Source: a bacterium (GTDB lineage Bacteria > Babelota > Babeliae > Babelales > JAUWHS01). From it: a stretch of DNA of 38,462 nucleotides. The position numbers and the translations under genes are program-made. Every line of letters starts with the position of its first letter. Position 1 is the stretch's first letter. Below the pieces are notes generated by a model, which worked only from the letters and a program-made list of their open reading frames with translations, searched no databases and was not told the origin of the DNA. The DNA is taken from positions 1-38,462 of the forward strand of contig JBDRFY010000075.1 in NCBI GenBank assembly GCA_043818275.1. Reading direction: 5' to 3'. Shown piece after piece: positions 1-8,845 of the stretch.

Positions 1-11
1 CAAACAAAAAA

Positions 12-31
12 AGGCGGTGTTTATACCGCCT
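12..31 (-). terminator. Intrinsic terminator downstream of 53..1285
   Basis: AGGCGGT...ACCGCCT hairpin with a flanking A-run (U-tail on the minus strand), just past the stop codon. Confidence 0.65.
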
Positions 32-52
32 GAAATTTTTTTACTAATTCTT

Positions 53-1285
53 TTAATCATTTTCCTCTTCATCTTCACCTATCGATGCGCGTCTCTTTTC
101 AAGCGCAATCTCCAAAGCGCTTTTTTCTTTTTCTTGTTTTGCTACAGCCTCAACCTGTTTTAATTTTTTTGTTACCTCCGCCAATTGTTCAACCAAAGAA
201 CGGCTTTCGCCTTCGCCAGGTTCTTTAAAAGTTGGAGTTTTTTTAGGTAATTCAGGTAATTCTGGAAGAGGCAATTTTAGTAATTCTTCATCACTCAAAA
301 AGCCTTTTTCCACTTGAGCGGCAAGTCCTGATTTTTTTTCTACTTCTTCTGATGGAATTTCTGAAAGCACTTCTTCACGCTTTTTTTTCAATTTTTCCAT
401 TTCGCTTTCCATTTTTTTCATATTTGCTGAAATTTTATTTTTTAAATCTTTTTTTTCCTGATCAGAACGTGTTTCATCTTTGTCAACCAAATCTAATTGT
501 TTTTTCCAGTAAGATAATTCACTCTCTCTTAATTTTAATTCACCCCTTCTCAATTCATCTTCCGCGTCAAGCATTTTTTCCATTGCATCATCATGGCCTA
601 AAGCAGCCCGCCTCAGATCATCTTGCGTAACTCCAACTTTTGCATAATCCTCTAATGAAAATTCAGGTTTCTCTTCTTTTTCCCGTTGTAATTCAGATCG
701 CTTACGCGATAATTCCGCGGCACTCTCTAAAGCCTCACTCTGTTCCTCAAGTCGTTTGTCCAACTCATCTTGCGATATTTTTAATTCTTCTTCTGTTTTT
801 TTAATATTCTCTTTATATTTTTTTATTTTTTCTTCATGTTCTTTTACATTTCCCCAACCTGTTTTTTTTGCTAATTCCAGTGATTCTGTTTCCAGCGCCA
901 AATCATTTTCCAGCTTTTTTATTTTTTCTTTTCCGGAGTCTATATCTTGCGTCAACCGATTAAATATTTCAAAATCCAAAGATCTTTCAGCTGCACCCCT
1001 GTAATAAGCCTCTTTTGTTTCCAGTTTTTGCAATTCAGACATTACAGGCGCCGGAGGTTTTTCCGGATCTATTTTTTTCCCTGGAATTATTTTGGCTAGT
1101 TTTTTCTTTAATTCTGCTAAAGCATCTTTAATTTTAGTCTTTGCTTTCGTTAATTTTTCTGATGGTTTAACAACTTCTGTTTGTTGTTTTTTAGTTTTTT
1201 TTGCGCTAGTGTTAGAAACTTTTTTCGCTATTACTCCTCCGGAAAATAAACAAAATAAAATCACGACAACAAAAATTTTTTTCAT
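53..1285 (-). CDS. Secreted coiled-coil protein with Pro-rich segment and WH2/C/A-like C-terminus
   Basis: 410-aa ORF; AAGGAG SD; N-terminal signal peptide (MKKIFVVVILFCLFSGGVIA); long E/K-rich helical body; C-terminus RSLVEQLAEVTKKLKQV...ALEKRRASIGEDEEEND. Confidence 0.75.
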   Translation of the reverse strand: MKKIFVVVILFCLFSGGVIAKKVSNTSAKKTKKQQTEVVKPSEKLTKAKTKIKDALAELKKKLAKIIPGKKIDPEKPPAPVMSELQKLETKEAYYRGAAERSLDFEIFNRLTQDIDSGKEKIKKLENDLALETESLELAKKTGWGNVKEHEEKIKKYKENIKKTEEELKISQDELDKRLEEQSEALESAAELSRKRSELQREKEEKPEFSLEDYAKVGVTQDDLRRAALGHDDAMEKMLDAEDELRRGELKLRESELSYWKKQLDLVDKDETRSDQEKKDLKNKISANMKKMESEMEKLKKKREEVLSEIPSEEVEKKSGLAAQVEKGFLSDEELLKLPLPELPELPKKTPTFKEPGEGESRSLVEQLAEVTKKLKQVEAVAKQEKEKSALEIALEKRRASIGEDEEEND

Positions 1286-1377
1286 CCTTTCACTCCTTAT
1301 TCAAAAGAGCCGGTTTTTTTACACCGGCCCTAAATTTCAAATCAAAAATTTATTCATTTTTTCAAAAAATTATTTTT

Positions 1378-2457
1378 TTACCAATAAAATTCTTCTTCCT
1401 CTTCAAACACACCCTTAAATGGATTTTCTTCCTCTTCAGGCTTCTGAAATTTAGATGGCTCTTCTTTTTTAAGTCCAAATTCTTGTGGTGTTAATCCTCT
1501 GGTTGCAAATTCTTCTTTTGACAATCCACCTGGTTCTTCCTCAAATCTACGCGGTTCTGTTTCCTCTTCGTAAAAAAACATTTCTTCTTTTTCTTTTGGA
1601 TATAATTCGCTTTCAAGTGATCTAATTATTTCATTTATTTCAAGCAATCTTTCTGCATTTTCTAAAGAAATTTTACCTTCAAGCCCGCCAGTTAATATTT
1701 CGGCACGTTCTTCTTTTAATTTATTTAATTCTTCATTCTTTTCTTTTAATTCTTTTTCAGCTTTTATATCTCTTTCAAGGCTAAATTGTTTACGGTTCAA
1801 ATCGTCAGCCTTTTTATCAAGACTCTTTAATGCATCACTTTGACCGTTTAAAGATTTAGCCAAATATAGTAATAAATTTTTTTCCTTATCCTGTTTATTA
1901 AAACCGCTTTCTTCTTTTATCTTTTCAAGATTATCATACTTTAATGCTTCATCTTGCCATTTTTCCAATTTTTCAATTTCTGTTTCTATTCTTGTTTTAT
2001 CAAATTCAACTTTTTTTAAATTTTCTTCTATATCTTTCAATTCTTCTTCAGGCGTTTTTCTTAAAAACGGCTGTATAGTCGCAACTGGTTCTTTAACAAA
2101 TTCTTTACCTGTAACTTTGGCAACCGCTTTCTTTGTCAATTCTTTAGTTTCTTTTCCTATCTTTTTTATTGATTCAAGAAATGTTTCCAAATCTCCTTTT
2201 AAACGTTCTTTTGCTTTTAATTTTTCTTTTTCTATATTTTCTTTTTTTTGTTCAACGTCAGCAGCCTGAGCTTCATCAGCTTTATCAAATTTATAAAATT
2301 TTTTTGGTGTACTAAAAGTCTTGATATCTGTTGCTGTCTGCTTAATTTTTTGTCCTGCTTTTTTAGCCGTTCTCATATACTCCCTAGCTGATAAATCTGT
2401 AAAAGATAAAAAAAATGCAAACAATAAAATAACTGAAAAAATTTTAAATATTTTCAT
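1378..2457 (-). CDS. Secreted coiled-coil hypothetical protein with acidic, Trp-terminated tail
   Basis: ORF 1378..2499; ATG at 2457 preferred (AGGAGA SD, followed by signal peptide MKIFKIFSVILLFAFF); E/K-rich; ends EEEEEFYW. Confidence 0.75.
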   Translation of the reverse strand: MKIFKIFSVILLFAFFLSFTDLSAREYMRTAKKAGQKIKQTATDIKTFSTPKKFYKFDKADEAQAADVEQKKENIEKEKLKAKERLKGDLETFLESIKKIGKETKELTKKAVAKVTGKEFVKEPVATIQPFLRKTPEEELKDIEENLKKVEFDKTRIETEIEKLEKWQDEALKYDNLEKIKEESGFNKQDKEKNLLLYLAKSLNGQSDALKSLDKKADDLNRKQFSLERDIKAEKELKEKNEELNKLKEERAEILTGGLEGKISLENAERLLEINEIIRSLESELYPKEKEEMFFYEEETEPRRFEEEPGGLSKEEFATRGLTPQEFGLKKEEPSKFQKPEEEENPFKGVFEEEEEFYW

Positions 2458-2508
2458 AATTTCTCCTTGTCCTTTTCTAACACAGTGTTTTTTACTCATA
2501 AACCTTTT

Positions 2509-3105
2509 TTAATTTTTCTTAGTTTTGTGTTTCTTAAATAAGTTTTGTAAATAGTTTTGTATTTTTTTAAATAAATTTTGTAAAAAAGATTCCTTATTTA
2601 ATTCAGTGCCAATTTTTTCTAATTTTTTAGCAGAAGAAGCTTCAATTACCTTAAAAGATTCTTCGCTTCCTTTATTCAATCTTTCATGATTTTTTTCAAT
2701 AACTTTATTTTTAAATTTTTCAATAGATTCATCTGGAAACTCGTTGGAAACGACTGATTCAAGCACCTCTTCCTCGTTATCTGACTTTTTAATTGGCTCT
2801 TTTAATTTCTCCATCTGTTCCTGATCTTTTAATTTCTCTATACCAACAAAAGCTGCGCAATCTCCAGCCACCGGCCTTTTTGTTCCGAATTTATTTTTTC
2901 TTTCTAATTTTGGCTCATTCTCTTTTTCTTTTTTTCTTTTTTCCTTTCTTTTTCTTCTTTCCATGTTTCTTGTTTCAGGTTTGTTGTAAACTCTTGGCTT
3001 GGAATTATCTTTATTCCTTCCCAAATAACTTCTGGCAAATAATTTATCTGAAAATAAATTCATCAAAAGTATTAAAAACAATATTGTAAGCTTAAACAAT
3101 TTCAT
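2509..3105 (-). CDS. Secreted K/E-rich hypothetical protein
   Basis: 198-aa ORF, AGGAG SD, signal-peptide-like N-terminus. Confidence 0.7.
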   Translation of the reverse strand: MKLFKLTILFLILLMNLFSDKLFARSYLGRNKDNSKPRVYNKPETRNMERRKRKEKRKKEKENEPKLERKNKFGTKRPVAGDCAAFVGIEKLKDQEQMEKLKEPIKKSDNEEEVLESVVSNEFPDESIEKFKNKVIEKNHERLNKGSEESFKVIEASSAKKLEKIGTELNKESFLQNLFKKIQNYLQNLFKKHKTKKN

Positions 3106-3198
3106 AAAAGCTCCTTTTAAAAAATTATTAATTCAAAAAACCATTATGTATGTTACTACCAACCAAAAACAAAACTCAACAAATTTACCGAAAAGGAA

Positions 3199-3230
3199 AA
3201 AAGGCCAGACGTTTTAACGTCTGGCCTTTT
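3199..3230 (-). terminator. Intrinsic (possibly bidirectional) terminator
   Basis: AAAAGGCCAGACGTT-TT-AACGTCTGGCCTTTT perfect inverted repeat after the DUF378 gene. Confidence 0.75.
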
Positions 3231-3253
3231 ATTTAAATCAAAAATTGAATTAT

Positions 3254-3454
3254 TTATTTCCAAAACATATAAAGCAATAAATACAATCCCGAAAGAGCTA
3301 TTAACAAGTAAACAAGCAGCTTTAAATTTCTGTTTTTACCTGGAACCAATAAAAAATCAACCATATCCAGGTTCAGGAATTTGTACAACCCCCAGTTGAT
3401 GGCTCCAATAGCAGACAAAAATTTTGCCGCGTATATTAACCACATATATTCCAT
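3254..3454 (-). CDS. DUF378 family small membrane protein
   Basis: 66 aa with two hydrophobic segments; AIGAINWGL...LDMVD matches the DUF378 signature (IIGALNWGL...FDLV); AGGAG SD. Confidence 0.8.
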   Translation of the reverse strand: MEYMWLIYAAKFLSAIGAINWGLYKFLNLDMVDFLLVPGKNRNLKLLVYLLIALSGLYLLLYMFWK

Positions 3455-3555
3455 GCTTTTCTCCTTTTTTTATTAAACAAAGACAGCAAAAAATTTATTT
3501 TTTGTCTGTCTTTACAACAACACTCCACCACTTTGCCCAAATTTTAAATAAAAAA

Positions 3556-4254
3556 TCAAGAAATTAATGACAAAAGTTCCTTTAATCTTCTTGTGTCATT
3601 ACATTGATTGATCGCAAAACGGACAGATTGTCTGAAAAAGCGTTCGATTTTTTCAGGCAAAACTTCTAATTTTGTGAGTGTATTTTTCAATTCAGCTTCT
3701 TCAAGTTCTTCTGCATTTTTTATAATAAGTCCGCGGGACTGGGCGACAAGACCAATTTTGACCTCATTTAAATCATCTTCGTTTGTAAACGTGCCATTCT
3801 CAAACATAAAATAATTTTCAAGTTTATATTTATCCAATTTATCAAAAGAGGATTCAACATTTTGCAGTTCAAGTTTTACAAGTTTTTTCATTCCTTCAAT
3901 TTTTGCTTCTTTGACAAATTGCTCTTCTTCCATTTTGCGAGCCTGCATTTCTTCCTGCGCTAACCTTAGCTCTTGCATTTTTTTTCTTTCTGCCTCCTCG
4001 CGCTCAAGTCTTTTTTCTTCGTTCTCCGCCCATGCAAACTTTTTAAAATAATCCTGCTGAGCAACCCATTCCTCATTTATTGAAAAGCTTTGCGTAATTT
4101 TACCATTTAGGTTTTGATATTTTTCTGTAAAAACCATCGGCTCATTTTCCAGGATAAATTTAACCTGTTTTACAGAAGAATTTGCCTGAAGCAAAACTTC
4201 TTTTGCGTTTATAAAAGACGTAGTAAGTAAAATAAAGAATAAACATTTTTGCAT
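3556..4254 (-). CDS. Secreted hypothetical protein, helical/coiled-coil
   Basis: ORF 3556..4260; AAGGAG SD favours the ATG at 4254; signal-peptide-like start. Confidence 0.7.
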   Translation of the reverse strand: MQKCLFFILLTTSFINAKEVLLQANSSVKQVKFILENEPMVFTEKYQNLNGKITQSFSINEEWVAQQDYFKKFAWAENEEKRLEREEAERKKMQELRLAQEEMQARKMEEEQFVKEAKIEGMKKLVKLELQNVESSFDKLDKYKLENYFMFENGTFTNEDDLNEVKIGLVAQSRGLIIKNAEELEEAELKNTLTKLEVLPEKIERFFRQSVRFAINQCNDTRRLKELLSLIS

Positions 4255-4281
4255 TTCCACTCCTTAAAAAGCACCCGCTTT

Positions 4282-4307
4282 GTCATCCTGAACTCGATTC
4301 AGGATCT
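4282..4307 (+). repeat. REP-like palindrome, family A (GTCATCCTGAAC...TTCAGGATC), single copy
   Basis: GTCATCCTGAACTCGATTCAGGATCT with ATCCTGAA/TTCAGGAT stem; related copies at 6315-6478 and 29231-29343. Confidence 0.8.
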
Positions 4308-4407
4308 TTTGTAATTAATAATAATCCAGATTTATTAAATTGCTAAAAAATAAAAAAAGAGCAAGTATTTTTCAACTTGCCCTTCAAAAAAAACGTATTT
4401 TTTTGCA

Positions 4408-5487
4408 TTAATTATTTGAATCTACAAAAAGTTCTTTTATTTGCATCAATTGTTCATAAGAAATACCAAATAATTTTGCTAAACCTTCAAAACCTGCCTT
4501 AGCATTTCTTTTTATTTCATCCGGGTCTTTATGGAAAAAATGCCTTTCCTCACTTCCAGTAAATGCTGGTCTGACAGCTCCAACAAACGCAACTTTTAAT
4601 TTTAATTTATCATTTGCGACAGAACCTAAAAAAACATTTTGCGGAGTCATATCCCATAAACCCGCATATTCAATAACTGCAAACAATTCTGTTAGCAATT
4701 CTCTTAAAAAGATATCCTCTTTTTCACTTTCAAGAATTCGTGGAAAACAGGAATATGAAAAAAGTTTTCGAAATAATGCAGCATTTGTTGAAACTAATGG
4801 CAAATCAATGTTTTCCTGAATAACAACATAATTTTCATCGCAAACTTCACGCTCTTTTCCCGGCAAATTATATAAATACTCTTCTATTGGATATACATAT
4901 TTAAAATTTTTTGCTTTTACAAAATCATTTATTTTTTGATTATAAAAAACGCGACTTACAAGTTGGTATTTTGAAATTGCTTTATCAAAATATGGATCAC
5001 ATAATTCTTTCGATTTTTCCTCATTAAAATATTGATAAATATCTTTTCCTGGATCGCCAATTAATGGAACATTAAATCTTGGAATTTTTACAACATACCC
5101 AAATAAAAGATTGTCTATCAAATAAGGACCTGCAGGCAAAAATTTTATATTAAACCTATCTTTTATTGTTTTTATTTTTTCCAAATCTTCCCGAGAAGGG
5201 ATAAACATTTCATCCGAATGCGCATGAATATAACTAACGGTTCTTTCAGATGGCTTAATATTTCGATACATCCATCCTAAATCAAAAATTCTTTTTCTAT
5301 CAATCAACACTTCTTTAACAGATGCGTCTTCGAAAAAAAGATCTAATGTTGCTTTAATTTCAGGTTGATTCCCATCGGTTATTTCACATTTTTCTAAAAT
5401 TTCACGTTGTTCTTCATCAGTTAAATAAGCGCTTAAATTAACAAGACCAAAAACTAAAAATATGAATAAAAATAATCTTTTTTTCAT
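4408..5487 (-). CDS. Secreted hypothetical protein, possible atypical/pseudo-kinase fold
   Basis: ORF 4408..5514; ATG at 5487 (GGAG SD) gives a signal peptide; motifs YVVKIP, YVVIQENI, WDMTPQNVFL, VAFVG. Confidence 0.65.
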   Translation of the reverse strand: MKKRLFLFIFLVFGLVNLSAYLTDEEQREILEKCEITDGNQPEIKATLDLFFEDASVKEVLIDRKRIFDLGWMYRNIKPSERTVSYIHAHSDEMFIPSREDLEKIKTIKDRFNIKFLPAGPYLIDNLLFGYVVKIPRFNVPLIGDPGKDIYQYFNEEKSKELCDPYFDKAISKYQLVSRVFYNQKINDFVKAKNFKYVYPIEEYLYNLPGKEREVCDENYVVIQENIDLPLVSTNAALFRKLFSYSCFPRILESEKEDIFLRELLTELFAVIEYAGLWDMTPQNVFLGSVANDKLKLKVAFVGAVRPAFTGSEERHFFHKDPDEIKRNAKAGFEGLAKLFGISYEQLMQIKELFVDSNN

Positions 5488-5558
5488 GAAACTCTCCGGG
5501 ATAAATATTAACAAAACAATAAGAAAAAAAAGATTATATTTAATTCAACTTTTTGCAA

Positions 5559-6236
5559 TTAAAAAAAACTTTTAATTTTTCCCCAAAATGATTCTTGTTT
5601 TGGTTCTTGTGGCTTTTCTTCTTTCATTTCAAAAGGCTTACCCTGTAAAATTATCTCTTCTTGCTCAACTACTTCCATCTTCTGATTAACCGAATTTTGT
5701 CCGTTTTTAATTTTTTCAAGAGTTTGCCTGTCAACCCGAACCAATTTTTTTCCAAAACGGGTTGTTATTAATTTAAATAAATTTTCTTTGGTGGCCGTTC
5801 CGGAAAAAGCCGGTAAAATCATTTGTCCGTTTTTAAAAAATACAATTAAGGGAAGTTGCGCTTCATCAAAGCCTAAGATTTTTTGCAACATTAACTTTAA
5901 CTGATGTGATAAATCCGTATTGATTGCTCCAAAAAAAATAACATCTGAAAGCTGATCCGCCAAAGACTGATAAACAGGTTTCATTTCACTATTCAAAGTT
6001 TTATTTGAAATAATTTTTACAATAACCGGCCTAGGGTTATTTACAACCTGTGCTGCAAATTGCGGCAAATCTTTAATAAATACAACATTACTTTCGTATC
6101 CAAAAGAATTATTTTCATGTGATAAATTACCTAATCCGGCGCTCACCAGATATTTTTCCTGCATTTGATAAGAAAACAATTTGATAATTAAAAAAAGTAT
6201 AATTAAAGAAATTAAGAAAAATTTTATTTTTTTCAT
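5559..6236 (-). CDS. Exported thioredoxin-fold protein lacking CXXC
   Basis: ATG at 6236 behind a G-rich SD-like run; RPVIVK...MKPVYQSLA and LPLIVFFKNGQ match the thioredoxin pattern; no Cys in the protein. Confidence 0.65.
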   Translation of the reverse strand: MKKIKFFLISLIILFLIIKLFSYQMQEKYLVSAGLGNLSHENNSFGYESNVVFIKDLPQFAAQVVNNPRPVIVKIISNKTLNSEMKPVYQSLADQLSDVIFFGAINTDLSHQLKLMLQKILGFDEAQLPLIVFFKNGQMILPAFSGTATKENLFKLITTRFGKKLVRVDRQTLEKIKNGQNSVNQKMEVVEQEEIILQGKPFEMKEEKPQEPKQESFWGKIKSFF

Positions 6237-6314
6237 TTCCCTACCCCCTGATAATAATATGTCCCCCTTATTCAAAATTATTTTTTACCTTGCCTTTAAA
6301 TATTAGCCTCCCCA

Positions 6315-6478
6315 TTTTGTCATCCTGAACTTGTTTCAGGATCCACATTCAGCCAAACTAACAATTTTTTAAAACACACAAAATTACCTTCCAATTATTT
6401 TTAGTTAAACAAAAGTTCAAAGCATGGATCCTGAAACAAGCCTGAATCGAGTTCAGTCCATGGTTCAGGATGACAAAA
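6315..6478. repeat. Inverted pair of family A palindromes (REPIN-like), right arm interrupted by a 23-nt nested insert
   Basis: TTTTGTCATCCTGAACTTGTTTCAGGATCCA (6315-6345) and TGGATCCTGAAACAAG[CCTGAATCGAGTTCAGTCCATGG]TTCAGGATGACAAAA (6425-6478). Confidence 0.85.
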
Positions 6479-6626
6479 AAGGATTATTTTCACCAATTTC
6501 GTCTGACTTAATAATTAGGGCAAGTTTAAGTTTTTAATTACTCAGAATTGAATCAAATACAAGTATTTTCATTATTCGACTGCCCCTTAGTCCCATATTA
6601 AGAATAGAAAAATAGCAAGACCAATA

Positions 6627-7286
6627 TCAAATACTTATAGAATCAAGCAATTTTTGTGCTGTTTCATGCGTTGGCTCTAAAAATAAAACTGTGGTTAATT
6701 CCTTTTTTGCCGAGTCAAATTCCTTTAAATTTACAAATATTTGGGCCAGAGAATAATGAGCGTCCAGATAACCGGGCTCAAGAAATACTGCCTGAAGTAA
6801 TTTTCCTTTTGCTTTTTGCGGTTCATTCAGTTCAAAATAAACCTTGCTCTGATTAAAAAGAGCAACCTCTGGCGTCAGATAATTTTTATCATTTTGCAAA
6901 TCAGCCCAAATTTTCAACGCCTGACCGGTGTTACCAAGCTGCGCTAAAAGACACGCGTAATTATTTAATATTTCCGTTTTTAAACCGTCATCAATTTTTT
7001 TGGCTAAAATTTGCTCAAATATTTTTTTAGCGTCCGGCAGTTGATTTAATTTAAATAAAATAGAAGCCTTTAGAGCCAAATATTTAGAATCATCATCATA
7101 ATTTAAAGCTAAATCTAAATTAATTAATGCTTTTTTTAATGATTCGGTATTCCCATCTTGTCCTCCTAATTCCAAAAGGGACAACTTGTAATAATCATTA
7201 GCCAGTTTTTTGTTAGTTTTTTTGGAACAGGTTGTAAAAAACAAAAGAAAAACAGTCAAACAAAAATAAAAATAAACATACTTCAT
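6627..7286 (-). CDS. TPR lipoprotein, PilF/PilW(Tgl)-like
   Basis: Lipobox-like FTTC; TPR helices; NNYACLL...G...A...NYLTPEVALFN resembles type IV pilus pilotin PilF/PilW. Confidence 0.7.
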   Translation of the reverse strand: MKYVYFYFCLTVFLLFFTTCSKKTNKKLANDYYKLSLLELGGQDGNTESLKKALINLDLALNYDDDSKYLALKASILFKLNQLPDAKKIFEQILAKKIDDGLKTEILNNYACLLAQLGNTGQALKIWADLQNDKNYLTPEVALFNQSKVYFELNEPQKAKGKLLQAVFLEPGYLDAHYSLAQIFVNLKEFDSAKKELTTVLFLEPTHETAQKLLDSISI

Positions 7287-7371
7287 TTCTTTGATATCCT
7301 ATAAAAAACGATTATCATATTTCCCTATAAATATTTTTTAACACAACAAGGTTAAAGTTAAGAGGACTCAA

Positions 7372-8805
7372 GTGCAACTTATTTGGGAAGAATTTTTAAA
7401 AATCATAAAAGAGGAAGCCGGAAGCCAGGTTGTTGAAACATGGTTCAAGGCCGTGGTTTTGCAACATTGGGACTCTGAAAAAAAAACAGTCTTTTTAAAA
7501 ACTCCAAATGTGTTTGTAAAAAACTGGATAAAAAATCACTATATAAATTTAATAAAAACACACCTGAGCCGCTTACTTAATGTTGCCGAAATTAATGTTG
7601 AACTGACAAACAATTTTCAAAGCGAAGAAATTAAACCACAACTTCATAAAAAAGATTTTATTCCGGCGTCCGCGCTAAAAAACAATAATTATGCCCAGGT
7701 TATAAATTTACCCACTGTTATACCAAATCATTCAACATCAACGGCTTTGCAAAAAACCAAATTAGATTTTTCCAATCTTAATGAAAATTACACCTTTGAC
7801 AGTTTTGTTGTCGGACCAAATAATTCACTGGCGCACGCTGCAGCTTACGCAATTACAAAAAGTCTGGGAACGGTATACAATCCTCTTTTTATTTATGGTG
7901 GTACCGGATTAGGCAAAACACATCTTTTACATTCAATAGGAAATGAAGTCAGAAAAAACAATGTAGACGCAAAAATTTATTATGAAACTTCAGATAAATT
8001 TATTAACGACTTTATAAATTCAATTCGTTTTGACAGAACAAACAGGTTTAGACAAAAATATCAAAAACTGGATCTTTTTTTACTTGATGATATTCAATTT
8101 TTTTCAAATAAAGAACAAACCCAGGAAATGTTTTTTCACATTTTCAACACATTATTTGAACAAAAAAAACAGATAATTTTTTCAAGTGATACTTTTCCCC
8201 AGGAAATAACGGGCCTGCAAAGCAGGTTAAAATCCAGACTGGAATCAGGACTTGTGGCAGACATTCAAACACCAGACCTTGAAACTAAAATTGCAATATT
8301 GAAAAAAAAAGCAATTTTACATTCAATTTTAATTAATGATGAAGTCGCGGAATTTATTGCTTCCAGAGTTTTATCAAATATCAGAGAACTTGAAGGAGCG
8401 CTAATAAGAGTTGGTGCTTTTTCTTCATTAACCAATCAAAAATTAACACTGGAACTTGCGCAAAAAGTTTTAATAAATATCAAAGATATCAACAACAGTA
8501 AAAACGGAGCTCAGGAAGCCCAACTGCAAAAAGTTTTAAAAGTTTTGGCCAAAACTTATTGTCTGTCAGTTAATGATCTTAAATCACATAAACGACAAAA
8601 AGATATTGCCGCAACACGCCAGATTGCATTTTATTTGATGAAAAAAACAACTTATTTATCTTTAAAAACAATCGGGGATTTTATTGGCGGCCGTGATCAT
8701 TCAACAGTAATTCACGCAATTACAAAAGTTGAAAAACAACTGGAATCAGATTCATCATTTGCTAAAAAATTAAAACTCTTGGAAGAAGAGGTTTTGGCAA
8801 GTTAA
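7372..8805 (+). CDS. dnaA: Chromosomal replication initiator DnaA
   Basis: YNPLFIYGGTGLGKTHLL Walker A; LLDDIQF Walker B; SNIRELEGAL; GGRDHSTVIHA domain IV; GTG start with GAGG SD. Confidence 0.98.
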   Translation: MQLIWEEFLKIIKEEAGSQVVETWFKAVVLQHWDSEKKTVFLKTPNVFVKNWIKNHYINLIKTHLSRLLNVAEINVELTNNFQSEEIKPQLHKKDFIPASALKNNNYAQVINLPTVIPNHSTSTALQKTKLDFSNLNENYTFDSFVVGPNNSLAHAAAYAITKSLGTVYNPLFIYGGTGLGKTHLLHSIGNEVRKNNVDAKIYYETSDKFINDFINSIRFDRTNRFRQKYQKLDLFLLDDIQFFSNKEQTQEMFFHIFNTLFEQKKQIIFSSDTFPQEITGLQSRLKSRLESGLVADIQTPDLETKIAILKKKAILHSILINDEVAEFIASRVLSNIRELEGALIRVGAFSSLTNQKLTLELAQKVLINIKDINNSKNGAQEAQLQKVLKVLAKTYCLSVNDLKSHKRQKDIAATRQIAFYLMKKTTYLSLKTIGDFIGGRDHSTVIHAITKVEKQLESDSSFAKKLKLLEEEVLAS

Positions 8806-8845
8806 ATTAAAAAGAATATAAAAATCAAATTAAGGAGAAAAATAA

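Noticed and set aside
6280..8845. oriC near dnaA (gene orientation switches here)
   Set aside because: I found no cluster of TTATCCACA-like DnaA boxes in the flanking intergenic DNA; GC skew over the whole genome would be needed.
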